A stretch of 53,477 nt of DNA from Deltaproteobacteria bacterium TL4. Lineage in GTDB: Bacteria; SAR324; NAC60-12. This document shows, in pieces, positions 38,548 through 50,549 of the stretch. The translations under genes and the position numbers were made by a program. Location of the stretch: contig JBBCAX010000237.1 of NCBI GenBank assembly GCA_051382335.1, positions 1 to 53,477 on the forward strand, given 5' to 3'. Numbering within the stretch: position 1 is the stretch's first letter; each line of letters opens with the position of its first letter. Under the pieces are notes generated by a model. The model ran no database searches. It saw nothing but the letters and a program-made list of their open reading frames with translations, and was not told the origin of the DNA.

Positions 38548-39797
38548 ACCTTAAAAAGGACAAAATGAGAGTTGTTGTCACAGGCATGGGCGTCATTTCT
38601 TCCCTGGGTCATTGTTTGGAAGACTATTGGCAAGGGTTGACGGAAGGCAGGTCGGGGATGAGTCCCAGCCAACATCTGGATGTTTCTGAGAGTCATTTTC
38701 AGGAAGCAGGACTCGTTACAGGCTTTGAGCCTGAAGCCTTTTTCAATAAAAAAGAAGTCAAAGCGCTTGATCGGTTCAGCCAACTAGGAATTGTTGCCGC
38801 GGAGGAAGCTTGGGAAAAAGCAAACCTGATTACCGAAAACGATGCGGAAGATCCGACTGCCGTCATTATTGGCACAGGCATAGGAGGGATTTCCTCCTAT
38901 CAGGAAGCGCATAGTCGCTTGTACGGGAGTGAGCAGGAAAAACGTCTGGACGCTTATACTATTCCCAAAATAATGCATAACGCGGTTGCCGCTCATATGG
39001 CGATTCGTTTGGGTTTGAAAGGACGCAACATCACGGTTAATACGGCGTGTTCTTCCGGAGCAAACGCCATTGGACAAGCTTATGAGTTAATTCATCACGG
39101 AATCATCTCTCGTGCTCTATGCGGAGGGGCAGAGGCTCCAGTTACCTATGAATTGTTGAAAGCCTGGGGGGCCATGGGCGTTCTCGCCAGAGCAAAAGAA
39201 GAGTTGCCCGCCCAATGCCGTCCTTTCGATAAAAACCGAAATGGTTTTATCCTTGGGGAAGGTGCGGGAATGGTTGTTCTGGAGTCTTTAAGTTCTGCGC
39301 AAAAACGTAATGCTCCCATATATGGAGAACTGATTGGATATAGTTCCAATTGTGATGCTTATCATTTGACCTTGCCTTCAGAGCAAGGTATCATCAACGC
39401 GCTTCGTCACGCTCTTAAAACTTCTGAAGTGAAACCCTTTGAAGTAGATTATATTAATGCTCATGGGACAGGTACGAAAGCAAATGATTGTTTAGAGACA
39501 AGGGCCATACATTCTGTCTTTGAAGAGGAGGCAACGCACCTTCATGTGAGTAGTAATAAATCGATGCTGGGTCATACGATGGGAGCCTCATCCGCACTGG
39601 AGTTTATCGCGACCATTCAAGCAACAAAATATGACCTCATCCCTCCCACTATCAACTACACCACACCTGACCCTGAGTGTGATTTGAACTATGTCCCCAA
39701 TCAAGCCTTAAAGAAAATCGTAACCATTGCCCTTTCGAATTCTTTTGCTTTTGGTGGCAGCAACGCCGTATTAGTGGTAAAGAAATGGAACCTATAA
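38544..39797 (+). CDS. fabF: Beta-ketoacyl-ACP synthase II family protein
   Basis: TACSSG; NAHGTGT; KSMLGHTMGA; SNSFAFGG. Confidence 0.92.
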   Translation: MNLKKDKMRVVVTGMGVISSLGHCLEDYWQGLTEGRSGMSPSQHLDVSESHFQEAGLVTGFEPEAFFNKKEVKALDRFSQLGIVAAEEAWEKANLITENDAEDPTAVIIGTGIGGISSYQEAHSRLYGSEQEKRLDAYTIPKIMHNAVAAHMAIRLGLKGRNITVNTACSSGANAIGQAYELIHHGIISRALCGGAEAPVTYELLKAWGAMGVLARAKEELPAQCRPFDKNRNGFILGEGAGMVVLESLSSAQKRNAPIYGELIGYSSNCDAYHLTLPSEQGIINALRHALKTSEVKPFEVDYINAHGTGTKANDCLETRAIHSVFEEEATHLHVSSNKSMLGHTMGASSALEFIATIQATKYDLIPPTINYTTPDPECDLNYVPNQALKKIVTIALSNSFAFGGSNAVLVVKKWNL

Positions 39798-40048
39798 GTA
39801 GAAAAGCAATCCAAAAAGCTTTGATTCATGAGATTTCCAATGAAATGGATCTTGAGCTCGCAAAAATAAATCCTGAAATGTCCCTCAGAGGGGATTTGGG
39901 CATTGAATCGCTGGACGCAATGAACATCGTGATGGCTCTTGAGGACGTGTTTCATAAAGAAACGGAACTTGATGAGATCCTGGAGTGTGAGACCGTTAAT
40001 GATCTTATTGATTACCTGGAAATTTTTCTCAATCAACAATCCTCCTAG
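39785..40048 (+). CDS. Acyl carrier protein
   Basis: DLGIESLD phosphopantetheine Ser motif; acidic 87-aa protein. Confidence 0.9.
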   Translation: MEPISRKAIQKALIHEISNEMDLELAKINPEMSLRGDLGIESLDAMNIVMALEDVFHKETELDEILECETVNDLIDYLEIFLNQQSS

Positions 40049-40055
40049 CTTGGTT

Positions 40056-41120
40056 ATGCCTCATATTCTCTCCGTCTCTCATGCCTTCCCTGAACATTAT
40101 TATTCTCAGCACACACTCAGTGAAGGCTTGAGGAAATTGTGGATAAAACGGGACTTAAATGTTGATGTTTTTGATCGTATTCAAAAAAATGTTCAGGTCC
40201 AGGGACGTTACCTGGCGTATCCCTTGGAGGATTATTACCAGTTTCAAAACTTACAGCAAAGCAATCAGGCGTGGATCAAAGCGGCCCTGGACTTGGGGCA
40301 AAAAACGCTGGCTTCGTTATTTAAAAAATCATCGCTTTCTCCTCAAGATATTTCCTTGTTTGCCTCAACCACGGTTACAGGCATTGCGGTTCCTTCCTTA
40401 GAAGCCCGTTTGATGAACGTTTTTCCTTTTAATCCCCATCTCAAACGTCTGCCTCTTTTTGGCTTGGGTTGTCTTGCTGGCGTTGCCGGAATTTCGAGAG
40501 TTGCCGATTACCTGAAGGGAAATCCGGGGGATGCGGCCCTTCTATTATCAGTCGAACTGTGTTCGTTAACCATTCAAAAAGATGATCTTTCCATAGCCAA
40601 TATTGTTTCAAGTGGACTGTTTGGCGATGGCGCGGCTGGTGTGCTGATGGTTGGAGAGCAACACCCCTTAGCCGCACAAAGCAAAGCGAAAATCATCGCT
40701 TATCAATCTGTTTTTTTCCCCGACTCAGAACACGTCATGGGTTGGGATGTCATGGAAACAGGATTCAAGATTGTATTGAGTTCCGGTGTTCCCAAGTTTG
40801 CCGAGAAGGAGTTGGAACCTTTTGTCAAGAAGGTGCTCAAAAAGCATCAACTGACCCTAAAAGACATACACCATTGGGTTGCGCATCCGGGCGGTCCTAA
40901 AGTGATTAAGGCCATGGAAAAAGGACTTAAATTACCTTCTGACGCTTTGGCGATCACCAAAAAAAGTTTGGAGACCCTCGGTAATTTATCCTCATCTTCG
41001 GTGTTGATCATCCTGGAAGAAACAATCAAACAGCGTCACCCAAAGTCGGGTGAATATGGCGTCATGCTTTCCATGGGTCCCGGATTTTCCGCGGAAATGG
41101 TATTATTGCAATGGAAATGA
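40056..41120 (+). CDS. Type III polyketide synthase (SrsA/BpsA-like)
   Basis: Cys-His-Asn triad: GLGCLAG, AHPGG, GNLSS; VELCSL; LFGDGA; GPGF. Confidence 0.93.
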   Translation: MPHILSVSHAFPEHYYSQHTLSEGLRKLWIKRDLNVDVFDRIQKNVQVQGRYLAYPLEDYYQFQNLQQSNQAWIKAALDLGQKTLASLFKKSSLSPQDISLFASTTVTGIAVPSLEARLMNVFPFNPHLKRLPLFGLGCLAGVAGISRVADYLKGNPGDAALLLSVELCSLTIQKDDLSIANIVSSGLFGDGAAGVLMVGEQHPLAAQSKAKIIAYQSVFFPDSEHVMGWDVMETGFKIVLSSGVPKFAEKELEPFVKKVLKKHQLTLKDIHHWVAHPGGPKVIKAMEKGLKLPSDALAITKKSLETLGNLSSSSVLIILEETIKQRHPKSGEYGVMLSMGPGFSAEMVLLQWK

Positions 41121-41647
41121 AATGGTTCTTCACAGGCTTAGTTGGGATCTTGATCATTCAAAGACTTTTTGAGTTGAGATTGAGCCAGCGGAACGAAGCA
41201 CGCATACTGCTGGAAGGAGGGCGGGAGTATTCTGCGGAGCACTATCCGGTCATGGTTTTATTGCACACCAGTTGGTTTATCGCTATGCTATTGGAAGTCT
41301 GGCTCTTGCGGCCCCAGTTTTATGGGTCCCTTTTTATAGGGGCACTGGCCTTCACACTATTGGGACAAGTGTTACGCTATGCGGCAATTAGAACCCTGGG
41401 TTGGCGTTGGTCCACAAGAATCATGGTCTTACCTGACGTTCCTCCGATCCATGCTGGAATCTATCGTTACATCCGTCACCCCAATTATTTAGGCGTTATT
41501 TTAGAAATTGCGGCGGTGCCTCTCTTGCACTCGGCCTACTGGACGGCCATCTGTTTTAGTATAGCGAATGCTTTTTTATTAAAAAAACGTATTTTAGCAG
41601 AAGAGCTCGCCTTGAATGAAAATCAGGAATATCATCGTCACTCGTAA
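41111..41647 (+). CDS. Isoprenylcysteine carboxyl methyltransferase family protein (SrsB/BpsB-like)
   Basis: QRLFELRLS; GIYRYIRHPNY; RILAEELAL. Confidence 0.9.
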   Translation: MEMKWFFTGLVGILIIQRLFELRLSQRNEARILLEGGREYSAEHYPVMVLLHTSWFIAMLLEVWLLRPQFYGSLFIGALAFTLLGQVLRYAAIRTLGWRWSTRIMVLPDVPPIHAGIYRYIRHPNYLGVILEIAAVPLLHSAYWTAICFSIANAFLLKKRILAEELALNENQEYHRHS

Positions 41648-41756
41648 ATAACCAACTGCGAAAACGCTTAGTCCACCATGGTCTTTCCCGGAGATTCTCA
41701 ATGGTGAGATCTTCGTCAGAACCATCATTATCCACCTTTTATCTCAGGAGATTTTC

Positions 41757-42371
41757 ATGAATTTAAGAGAAAAACTGGTCTCACAATTTGGCAAGCCACA
41801 GGGAATCCTTGGGCATGTAGCGGGAATAATCATGGCGCTTCGTCCTTCAAATAAAGAACGAAATCGTTGGACCCTTGATTTGTTGCAAATTAAACCGGAT
41901 GACCATGTTTTGGAAATTGGTTTTGGCCCCGGCTTTGCGATCCAGCATGTTAGCAAAATGTTAGCGAAGGGAAAAATCACAGGCATTGATTATTCAGAAA
42001 CCATGCTGCTGCAGGCAAAGACACGTAATCATGAAGACCTCAAAAAAGGGAAAGTCGACTTAAAACTTGGCAGCATTGAGCAATTACCTGCCTTTGAATC
42101 TCCCTTTAATAAAATCTATTCAGTCAACTCGATTCAATTTTGGCCGAATCCTGTTAAAAGTTTAACCCAACTCAAAGAGCTATTAACTCAGGACGGACGT
42201 ATCGCGATAACTTTTCAGCCCAGACAAAAAAACGCGACTAACGCAGATGCGCAAAAGATGGGAAAAAAGATTTTCACCCAATTAAAGAAGGCTGGATATA
42301 AAAATATTCAAATGGAAACCAAGGAAATGCAGCCTGTCAACACGGTCTGCGTGATTGGTTACAAATCATAA
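41757..42371 (+). CDS. Class I SAM-dependent methyltransferase
   Basis: VLEIGFGPG; GIDYSETM. Confidence 0.9.
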   Translation: MNLREKLVSQFGKPQGILGHVAGIIMALRPSNKERNRWTLDLLQIKPDDHVLEIGFGPGFAIQHVSKMLAKGKITGIDYSETMLLQAKTRNHEDLKKGKVDLKLGSIEQLPAFESPFNKIYSVNSIQFWPNPVKSLTQLKELLTQDGRIAITFQPRQKNATNADAQKMGKKIFTQLKKAGYKNIQMETKEMQPVNTVCVIGYKS

Positions 42372-42403
42372 CAGGCACGTTTCAAACCTTGCCTGATTTT
42401 TTT
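42372..42403 (+). terminator. Putative intrinsic terminator
   Basis: CAGGCA...TGCCTG stem followed by a T run, directly after the stop codon. Confidence 0.55.
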
Positions 42404-42767
42404 CCATAGGACGGGGTTACCTTGGAGATTTGCTCTGAAAAATCTTACGAGAATACTCAATTTTTTCAGGAACTTTCACATTCTTCAATTGAATATTTGA
42501 TGGATCGGGAAGCAATTGGGATAGGTCCATAGTCTGGTCTCCTTGAGGGGTTATCTTTAAGGAGACTGAATTTACAACGATTGTTTGAAATTTTTGAGTT
42601 AATTATGCTTTCACCCAAAGTGCGTAAAAACCACTTTTCTTTGGATTTGGCCAAAGCAAGCTTTGGCACTCCACAGTCTGGGTTAGACTCAAATGAATTT
42701 ATTTAAATGGACGTCATCCAGTGAGTTTGGAGTCATTGTTTTAAAATGGAACCCCGCAATGAATTGA

Positions 42768-43292
42768 TTATTTTCTGTAATAAACGGTAGCATTCAATTG
42801 TTCCGGATAGTCTTCCCCTTCAGATTCTGGAATGCCTGTTCCTAAAATGAGGAGCTGATCCTGGCGTAGAAAAATATTACGAATCAGGGTACCGGCTTTG
42901 GAAATGAAGTCGATTTTTTTTACCTGTTTTCCCTCAAGAGTGTCGCCCTTTTCTTTGATTTTAAAGCTATATTCTTTCGTTTTGAGTTTACTAATAGAGA
43001 GACTGCTGGTACATCCCCTAGCGTTATACTCAATCCACTGATCAAGCATCTGATTATTGGAGAAGGTAAGGTTTTGCAGAGAGGAACTTTCCTCAGTGAC
43101 GGTAACCGTTTCTCCTGAAGGAAGCGTTTTGACAATGGCAGGGACATCAAGACACGCTCTCTCCCAGACTCCTTCCAGTTCTGTCTTTTCGGATTTTTCC
43201 TGTTTCTTTTCTTCACTACACGATGAGAAAAGCAAGGCTAGGATCAATATCAACAGGCATAACAACCAGGCCTGAACTTTGGTGCTTTGCAT
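42768..43292 (-). CDS. Hypothetical lipoprotein
   Basis: Hydrophobic signal ending LFSSC; ELEGVW motif. Confidence 0.75.
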   Translation of the reverse strand: MQSTKVQAWLLCLLILILALLFSSCSEEKKQEKSEKTELEGVWERACLDVPAIVKTLPSGETVTVTEESSSLQNLTFSNNQMLDQWIEYNARGCTSSLSISKLKTKEYSFKIKEKGDTLEGKQVKKIDFISKAGTLIRNIFLRQDQLLILGTGIPESEGEDYPEQLNATVYYRK

Positions 43293-43319
43293 AAAACCCC
43301 TTGAATATCTTCAGAATGG

Positions 43320-44036
43320 ATGAAATTTTCATTTTTGTGGTGTGCGCGCTTCACTAAAAAGAATTATATCAACCGACTTTTCCAAGCCCCCCATGAGACC
43401 TCTGTGGGACAGGGGGTTGGTGCGCCCATAATCCATCAGTGCCGAAAACAACGCCAAGAGAAAGCTATAAAAACTATGACAAGATGCTGCATTTTGTGGA
43501 TTATTGCAAGTTTCTCTTTTCTTCAGGCTACTTGGGCACAGGAAAATACTTCACAGATTCCGCTTGGTGTTGAGTCCGTGTCCTCGTCAACGGGGCCTCG
43601 TTTCCGGTTGGCTTTTTCCGTTTATGCCATGAGCCTCGAGGAGTATCAAGAAGGAATAAGTGCCACATACATCCGCTCGGATGGGTGGGGGGGCGGTCTC
43701 AGTTATCTGGCATTGGGAGAAGACTATAGCCAGAAAGTCAGTCTCCTTTTTTTAAATTTATCGCATACCTGGGATTTCTCACCTTATTTCCTCGAATTAG
43801 GTGCCGGAATTTTACCCTTTCGCTTTGCGGAACCTGGTTTCCTTGAAGAAACGCCTCACTTTGAAAGTTATCTACTTTTCATAGGCATCGGAAAAACCCT
43901 CTTCCGTCAATGGGAGCTTTTTTTAAATATCCAGGATGACTTGCTCCAGGATCAGGAACGAAATTTTAAACAAGGCAGAAAAGTTTCGGGAACTCATCTT
44001 TTTCTGGGTGTGGGACATCCTTTCTCCGACTCCTAA
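43320..44036 (+). CDS. Putative outer-membrane beta-barrel protein (true start probably near MTRCC)
   Basis: Signal peptide ...ATWA-Q; alternating aromatic/Gly strands. Confidence 0.5.
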   Translation: MKFSFLWCARFTKKNYINRLFQAPHETSVGQGVGAPIIHQCRKQRQEKAIKTMTRCCILWIIASFSFLQATWAQENTSQIPLGVESVSSSTGPRFRLAFSVYAMSLEEYQEGISATYIRSDGWGGGLSYLALGEDYSQKVSLLFLNLSHTWDFSPYFLELGAGILPFRFAEPGFLEETPHFESYLLFIGIGKTLFRQWELFLNIQDDLLQDQERNFKQGRKVSGTHLFLGVGHPFSDS

Positions 44037-44122
44037 TGAGTTGCAATCTCCCCGTTTAAAAAGCTGGGTAAAGCAGCCTACAGAGTCAGCTTCAACCGTT
44101 TGGTCCAGTTTTTAAAAGTTTA

Positions 44123-45283
44123 ATGATGGAGCCTGAAGTGAGCTTACCTCGAACTGTTTTTCTTTCTGTAGTCCTGATGGGGTTCTTGATTCAAGGCTTG
44201 ACCCGGGTCCCTCCGCTTTCAGCGGAATCCATGTTTTTTGAAAACCCTTTTCTGTATGACGTGGAGCAACAAATTTACTTGCGTGTTGAAGATCAGAGTT
44301 ACGCGATTTCCAATATTCAGCCTGTTTATGAAATGCTGATCGACCGCTGGGGGGGGAAATACAGTAGCCATCCCCCGCTCTTGTTGGGATTTCTTGAAAG
44401 GTTTCGGGGGATTCAGTACTATGCCTGGAGTTTTGGTTATCTCGAACGTCAAGACTGGAAACTTGAAGGAAATCGGGATCTTGCGGATGCTTATTATTTC
44501 TACAAAAAAAAACTCAGACTGCCCGTAGGAAAAGCCTTTCACGGTGAAGGAACTCTGAAGGGATACCAAGTTGACGGCTGGAGAGGAACGTTTGAATTTT
44601 CCTTCGCTTCGTTCAAATTTCTGCTAGGGGCTTCCTTACTGACAGGATTACAGGTACAGGATATACATTTAATCGCCGATGTCAGAGTGGATGCTGAAGA
44701 TGCTTTCCGTATTGACGCGGATCTCGTTCAGCACTATCACGACAATGAGGTCTATGAACAACTACGGGATCAAACATACCGAGGCGAGGGGCAGAGCTTT
44801 GACGCGTTTGTCAGCTATCGTCCTTCAACCCAGTTTCATCTAGACTTGGGGATGAAGGACCTCGAAGGTGTGATGCTCTGGAACAATCTGCTTTATGGAG
44901 TGGTTCATGGCACCAACGAAAGTGTGCGGGTGAATGGTAAATTCAAAGCGTTAGTCAGCGGTTTTGAAATCACACAGGCTTATCAGCACCGTCTGACAAC
45001 CAAATCCATGCTCAGCGCGGCCTATCAGTTTACCGACAATTCCCACCATCAGTGGGAGACCGCCATGACCCTTGATCACTACCTGAAAACCTTGTACTCC
45101 TCTACAGATCTCACTTACCTCAACGGCAAACTACGTTATTCCCTCACCCGGAACTGGACGCTAAAAACTATCGGTTTTGGCATCAGTCATCCCTGCTGCC
45201 TTCTGCGCATGGAAAGCGACAATCCAGATCCCCGAAACGCTTATGCCTTAGCTCTTTCCTTAGGCCTGCGTCTTTATTTTTAA
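44123..45283 (+). CDS. Putative outer-membrane beta-barrel protein
   Basis: Signal peptide; amphipathic strands; C-terminal LGLRLYF resembling a BAM signal. Confidence 0.65.
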   Translation: MMEPEVSLPRTVFLSVVLMGFLIQGLTRVPPLSAESMFFENPFLYDVEQQIYLRVEDQSYAISNIQPVYEMLIDRWGGKYSSHPPLLLGFLERFRGIQYYAWSFGYLERQDWKLEGNRDLADAYYFYKKKLRLPVGKAFHGEGTLKGYQVDGWRGTFEFSFASFKFLLGASLLTGLQVQDIHLIADVRVDAEDAFRIDADLVQHYHDNEVYEQLRDQTYRGEGQSFDAFVSYRPSTQFHLDLGMKDLEGVMLWNNLLYGVVHGTNESVRVNGKFKALVSGFEITQAYQHRLTTKSMLSAAYQFTDNSHHQWETAMTLDHYLKTLYSSTDLTYLNGKLRYSLTRNWTLKTIGFGISHPCCLLRMESDNPDPRNAYALALSLGLRLYF

Positions 45284-45328
45284 GCGTTGCGGCTGTCTTT
45301 AGATCCAGTCCATGTCGGATGTTCTAAA

Positions 45329-48300
45329 CTACTCAAATGCAGGAGCGCCCGTTCGTAGTATGGCACCATAGTTTCCAATCAGCATAAAATCACCCTGATA
45401 ATAAATCACGTCATTAAAGTTCATACCTTCAAGATAAGACGTCCATTCTTTGCCGTTATGTGAAACATAAATCCTATCGTAGGCAACCGCTACAAACGTA
45501 CTATCCCCATAAGCAATTGCACGGATTGAGCTAAGACTTGAGTCTTTAGTCCAACGCGTTCCATCCGTGGAAGAATAGACGCCACTTCCTCCTCCTCCAA
45601 AGATCATAAACTTTTCGTTAACATAAATAACATCATTGAGATAATAAGCGTTAGCATCTTGGATGGTTTGAGTGATCCATTTTTTGCCATCACTCGATGT
45701 CAAGATCGTTCCCGAATCCCCGACTGTCATAAAGATGCCGTTGCCGAAAGTCACTTTACGCAAGTTCGAAGTCCCTGCGTCTTGCTTGCTCCAACTTGTG
45801 CCATCCCCTGAAGTAAACAGGCGCCCATTCGGACCAACCGCTACAAAAGTACCGTTACCATAAGTCACGCCCTGCATCCCAGCAGGCGTTTCATAGCTCC
45901 AGTTTACTCCCTCAGAAGCAGACAGTATCGCATTGTAGCCAATGGTGACATAACGATCATTCCCATATACGATCTTCCCTAACGAAACAGACTGTGTTGT
46001 GTGACCTGTCCAGCTAACGCAGTCCGTAGATGTGAAGTAATTTTCATTGTTACTATTTCCATATCCCGTGGCAATAAACTGATCATACCCATAAGTAATA
46101 CTGTAAAAATGACGGTTTTCCAAGGTTGTCTTCACCCAGGTTTGACCATCGTCTGAAATGTAATACTCCTGATCCTTGTTTGCTTCTCTAAGAATGAACT
46201 TTTTGTTTCCATAGACGACACTGGAGACATAGACGTCGTTCAAGGTACCTGCGGTCCACTGAATTCCATCCGTCGATGTAAAAATTTTACCATCTTGTCC
46301 GAGAATAACATAGCTGCCATTACCATAATAAATTGAGTTCGGGTTGAACGAAGCTATGGTTTGAGAATTCCATGTTGTGCCATCCGTCGAGGTTAAAATT
46401 TGATTGTAGGTTATTCCCACAAAAAGCCCATTGCCATAGATAAGGTTACTAACATAATTATTCGGGGAATCTTGAAATGACCAATCCAAACCATTACTGG
46501 AGATTCCCACTTTGCCATAGCTCGCTGTGACAAAAATATTTCCTCCGTAAACAAGCTGAGTAAATTGGGTGGAATTCAGCGTATCTGGCAGTGTTGCAGC
46601 CGTCCAGCTCAGACCATCTTGAGAACTAAGAATGGTGTTCATCCCAACAGCGACGAAAACACCATTACCATACCCGACTTTATAAAGTGAATTCGTGGTT
46701 CCTGAAGACCTCTTTTGCCAAATTTTGCCATCCGTAGAACTTAGAATTTGTCCATCAGCTCCGACCGCGACAAAAACACCGGCTCCTACTGCCACATCTG
46801 AAAGATTATGTGGCGTGCGAATGGTCCAATCGTTACCATCAGCAGAGGTTGCAATGGTGTCTCCTACTCCAACAATGATCCCACCATTTGAGGTCATGGC
46901 ATTAAAAGCAGGCGAACTTTGCAAGCTCCAGGTATTGCCATCAGTTGAGGTGAGACTTCCATTATAACCTCCGAAGCTGATTAACTGGCCTCCTTCATTA
47001 AGGATTCCATTGACAGAAGTTATCAAAAGATTGGAAGCACTCCATGTTGTGCCATCAGCGGAGGAAGAGATCGTTCCATAATCACCAACGGCAACATAGG
47101 TACCCTTGCCGTAAGCAAGGCTACGATAAGTCGCTTGCAAATAATTTTGCTGCCATGTGTCTAAATCAGTTGAGGTCAAAATGTTGCTATAAGACAAACC
47201 AACAAAGTGGTTATTCACATAAATGATTTCACTCAAGCCGTATATTGATTGAGTTTTTGGCGTCCAGGTTATTCCATCCACAGAGGTGTGGAGTATTTGC
47301 TTAAGGGTTGTCAAAAACACTCCATTGCCAAAGCCTAGGCCCACGAAATCAGATTGTGCGTCCAGGGTAGTTGATTTCCAGATTGTGCCATCGTTGGAAG
47401 TTAAAACGACCCCCGCTTTGCCAGTCGCCACAAATATTTGATTGCCATAACTGACAGCATTCAGCATCATATTTTCAAAAGTTTGGGCCGTCCACTCAGT
47501 CCCATCTACAGATCTCATGATGACATTAGCCCCTACAAGCACATAAACGCCATTACCATAAACAGCCCCGGAAAAATCATAGGAACCCTCCACTTTCTGA
47601 GTGGTCCAGGTGAGGCCATCGTTTGAGGTAATAATGGTTTGACTGGAACCCGCTGCCACAAATAAGTTGTTACCAAAGGTGATCGCTGTGAGTGTGTTCG
47701 ATGTTCCAGAGTTCTGAATCGTCCATTTTTGGCCATCATTTGAGGTGATCACGCTCCCTTTTTCTCCAACCGCCACAAACTTGTCATCAGCAAAGATATT
47801 GTCATTAAGCGTATATCCCTGGGGTTTAGGATGTGTCCAATGCCATTGAATATCATCGGCAATTGGCACGGCTTTCATGACACCCTGTTCGCCGACTTCA
47901 TTTTTTGAAGCAACCAATAAATAGGACGCCTGACTTGCCGATAAGTCAGCAGAACCGCTGGTAATTTTCGTGTTTTCAGGGATGGTGTAAGTCAACGTCT
48001 CACCACTGACGGCCAGCGTCGTGAGCGGCGCACTATCTTTGAGTTTGGTATGCGCGTCACTGCCCCAATAGAGCACATAATGCGTGATATCACGTTCAAT
48101 AGTTGCTTTGGTGATGGTAACGGTTCCTCCAATTTGATTGATATCGGGATCGGTATCCGTAAAGGCAACACCCTTTGCCAAGTGGAGCGGCACCCAGGAA
48201 TCAGCGATTGTGCCTAAGGCTGTCGCCGGCACGGGAAAAGGCGCATATTCCTCGCCATGGTTGAGTTGTCCGGAACTGCCGCTACCCCAGCAAAAAGGGA

Positions 48301-50511
48301 GACCGTCTTCTAAGGCACAGGTGTGAGCGGATCCCGCAGTTAATTGAGATATATTTTTTAAATTCGAAACAGGCACAGGGGTGGAAGCATCAAGTTTGCC
48401 GTTACCGAGCTGTCCGGAACTGCCAGAACCCCAGCATTGTGCGGTTTTGTCATTGAGAAGTACACAGGTATGCGACGAACCAACCGCTATTTGCTGAACA
48501 TTGACGATGGTATTTTTCAATTCCTCTTTGATAACTTGGGCGTTGGTAGACCATTGAGCATTCCAGCATTGAGCAGTTTGATCTTCCAAGATTGCGCAAA
48601 GTTTATTTGAACCGAGAGCAATTTGAGCAGCGTTGGAAATGCCGCTGAAGGTTACTGGTGTTGAGTGCTTTTGCTGAAGGAAATCCGTTCCCCAGCACTG
48701 TACTGTCTTATCATTGAACAGAGCACAGGTTTGAGAGTAAGAAGCAGAAATTTGTTTTACATTGGAGAGACCCGTTACAGTCACGGGTTGTGATCGATTT
48801 TCTGTGGTGCCATCTCCTAACTGACCATAAGTATTAGACCCCCAGCATTGCACGGTTCCTTCCAGCAACAATGCGCAGGTATGGCTTTCACCAGCAACGA
48901 TTTGAGTGACATTTTTGAGATCCTTGACAGACACTATCCCCGCTGGACTGGTGGTATCGCCAGTCCCTAACTGACCGGAATAATTAGAACCCCAACACTT
49001 AACAGTCGCATCTGAAAGCAGGGCACATTTATGACTACTGCCTATAGCAAGCTGTTCTACCCCTGACAAATGGTCAGGGGTAACAATGGTACCAAGTAGT
49101 TCGTAGTATCCTCCCCAGCATTGCACCGTGTTATCGCTTAAGATCACACAAGAGCTATTGCTCCCTGCGCTAATTTTGGCGACTGATGAAATATCGAGTA
49201 CCTTGGTTGGGATAGCTGAATTCTCACTTTGACCATCAGCCAATCCTCCATGAGCCCTGGAGCCCCAGCATTGAATGCTGTTGTCTGTCAATAAGGCACA
49301 GGTCTGTTGATTGCCCGCAACCACTTGAGTCGCTGATATTCCCACGACACGTCCAGGCTTGGATTGACTAACTTGCTCTCCATTTCCCAGTTTTCCTTTT
49401 GCCCCGTTTCCCCAGCACTGTACGCTTGTATCTTTCATTAAGGCACAGGCATGAGAGTAGCCTGCTGAAATTTCAGCAACATTCATCGGCAAACTGACCA
49501 AGACAGGCACAGAATGATAGTCGGTATCTCCCACACCAAGCTGTCCCTCATAGTTACCTCCCCAACATTTTGCGGTACCATTGTCCAGCACGGCACAGGA
49601 ATAAGAATAGCCAGCGGAAAGTTGTACCGCATGGTCAAGATCTTTAACAGACACAGGCGTCAATTCCTGGTTGCTGGTTGCTCCTGTTCCCAGCGCACCT
49701 CCGGAATTGCCACCCCAACATTGCACTGCTCCGCCTTGCAGCAATGCGCAAGCGTGATTAGATCCCGCAACTACCCGAGTCGCTGTAGCGATACCGCTGA
49801 CCTCTACCGGTGTTTTCTGCTGCACGGCACTTCCATTTCCCAGTTCTCCGCTGGTTCCGTATCCCCAGCATTGTACCTTTCCATTGCTCAACACTGCGCA
49901 GTTAAAGTTACTTCCCGCGGCAATCTGGGTGGCATTGATAATCCCTGCCACGGCAATAGGCACGTTTGAATTATTAATTTCCTTTTCCCCCACCGCCCCT
50001 AATTGTCCATAATAATTAGCTCCCCAGCATTGTACTGTTCCATTCCGCAGTAACGCACAGCTATGGGAAGATCCCAACGCAATTTGTGTGGCGGTTGTAA
50101 TACCACTTACCGTCACAGGAATGACTTGATCCGTATTGTTACTATAACCTAAGGCTCCACTGTCATAACCACCCCAACATTGAATCACGCCATTGCTGTA
50201 AAGCGCGCATTGGTGCGAAGAACCAGCGGCCAATTGAGTAATGGGCGCATCCGCAATAAGAGTACTGATGTTGACAAGAGGAACCCCCGTGTTGGGATCT
50301 GAAGTCCCAGTGCTGGAACCCGAAGTCGCAGCGCTGGAATTCGAAGTCGCAGTGCTGGTATCTGAAGTAACCGTGTCAGGAGCTTGCGAAGTAGCAGCTT
50401 GCTTCTTTTTGTCACTTTTATCACCCCGCCGTCATCATCGGTGATGCCGCAGGCAGAAAGAATGAGTACATTAACAAAGAACATCCATAAAAATATTTTA
50501 AGTAATTTCAT
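45329..50511 (-). pseudogene. Giant lipoprotein with RCC1 repeats and BNR/Asp-box propellers, frameshifted near 50425
   Basis: Signal MKLLK...LSAC starts at 50511 in one frame; the main frame is open from 50431. Repeats HxCA...VQCWGxNxxGQLG, then TSxDGxxW. Confidence 0.8.
50301..50363. repeat. Three 21-bp tandem repeats encoding a Ser/Thr linker
   Basis: GAAGTCCCAGTGCTGGAACCC / GAAGTCGCAGCGCTGGAATTC / GAAGTCGCAGTGCTGGTATCT. Confidence 0.8.
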
Positions 50512-50549
50512 GATTTCCTCTGCGGAGTTAAAATTTTATATAAATCAGG

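Noticed and set aside
42466..42669. 67-aa ORF or gene remnant
   Set aside because: No recognisable motif on either strand.
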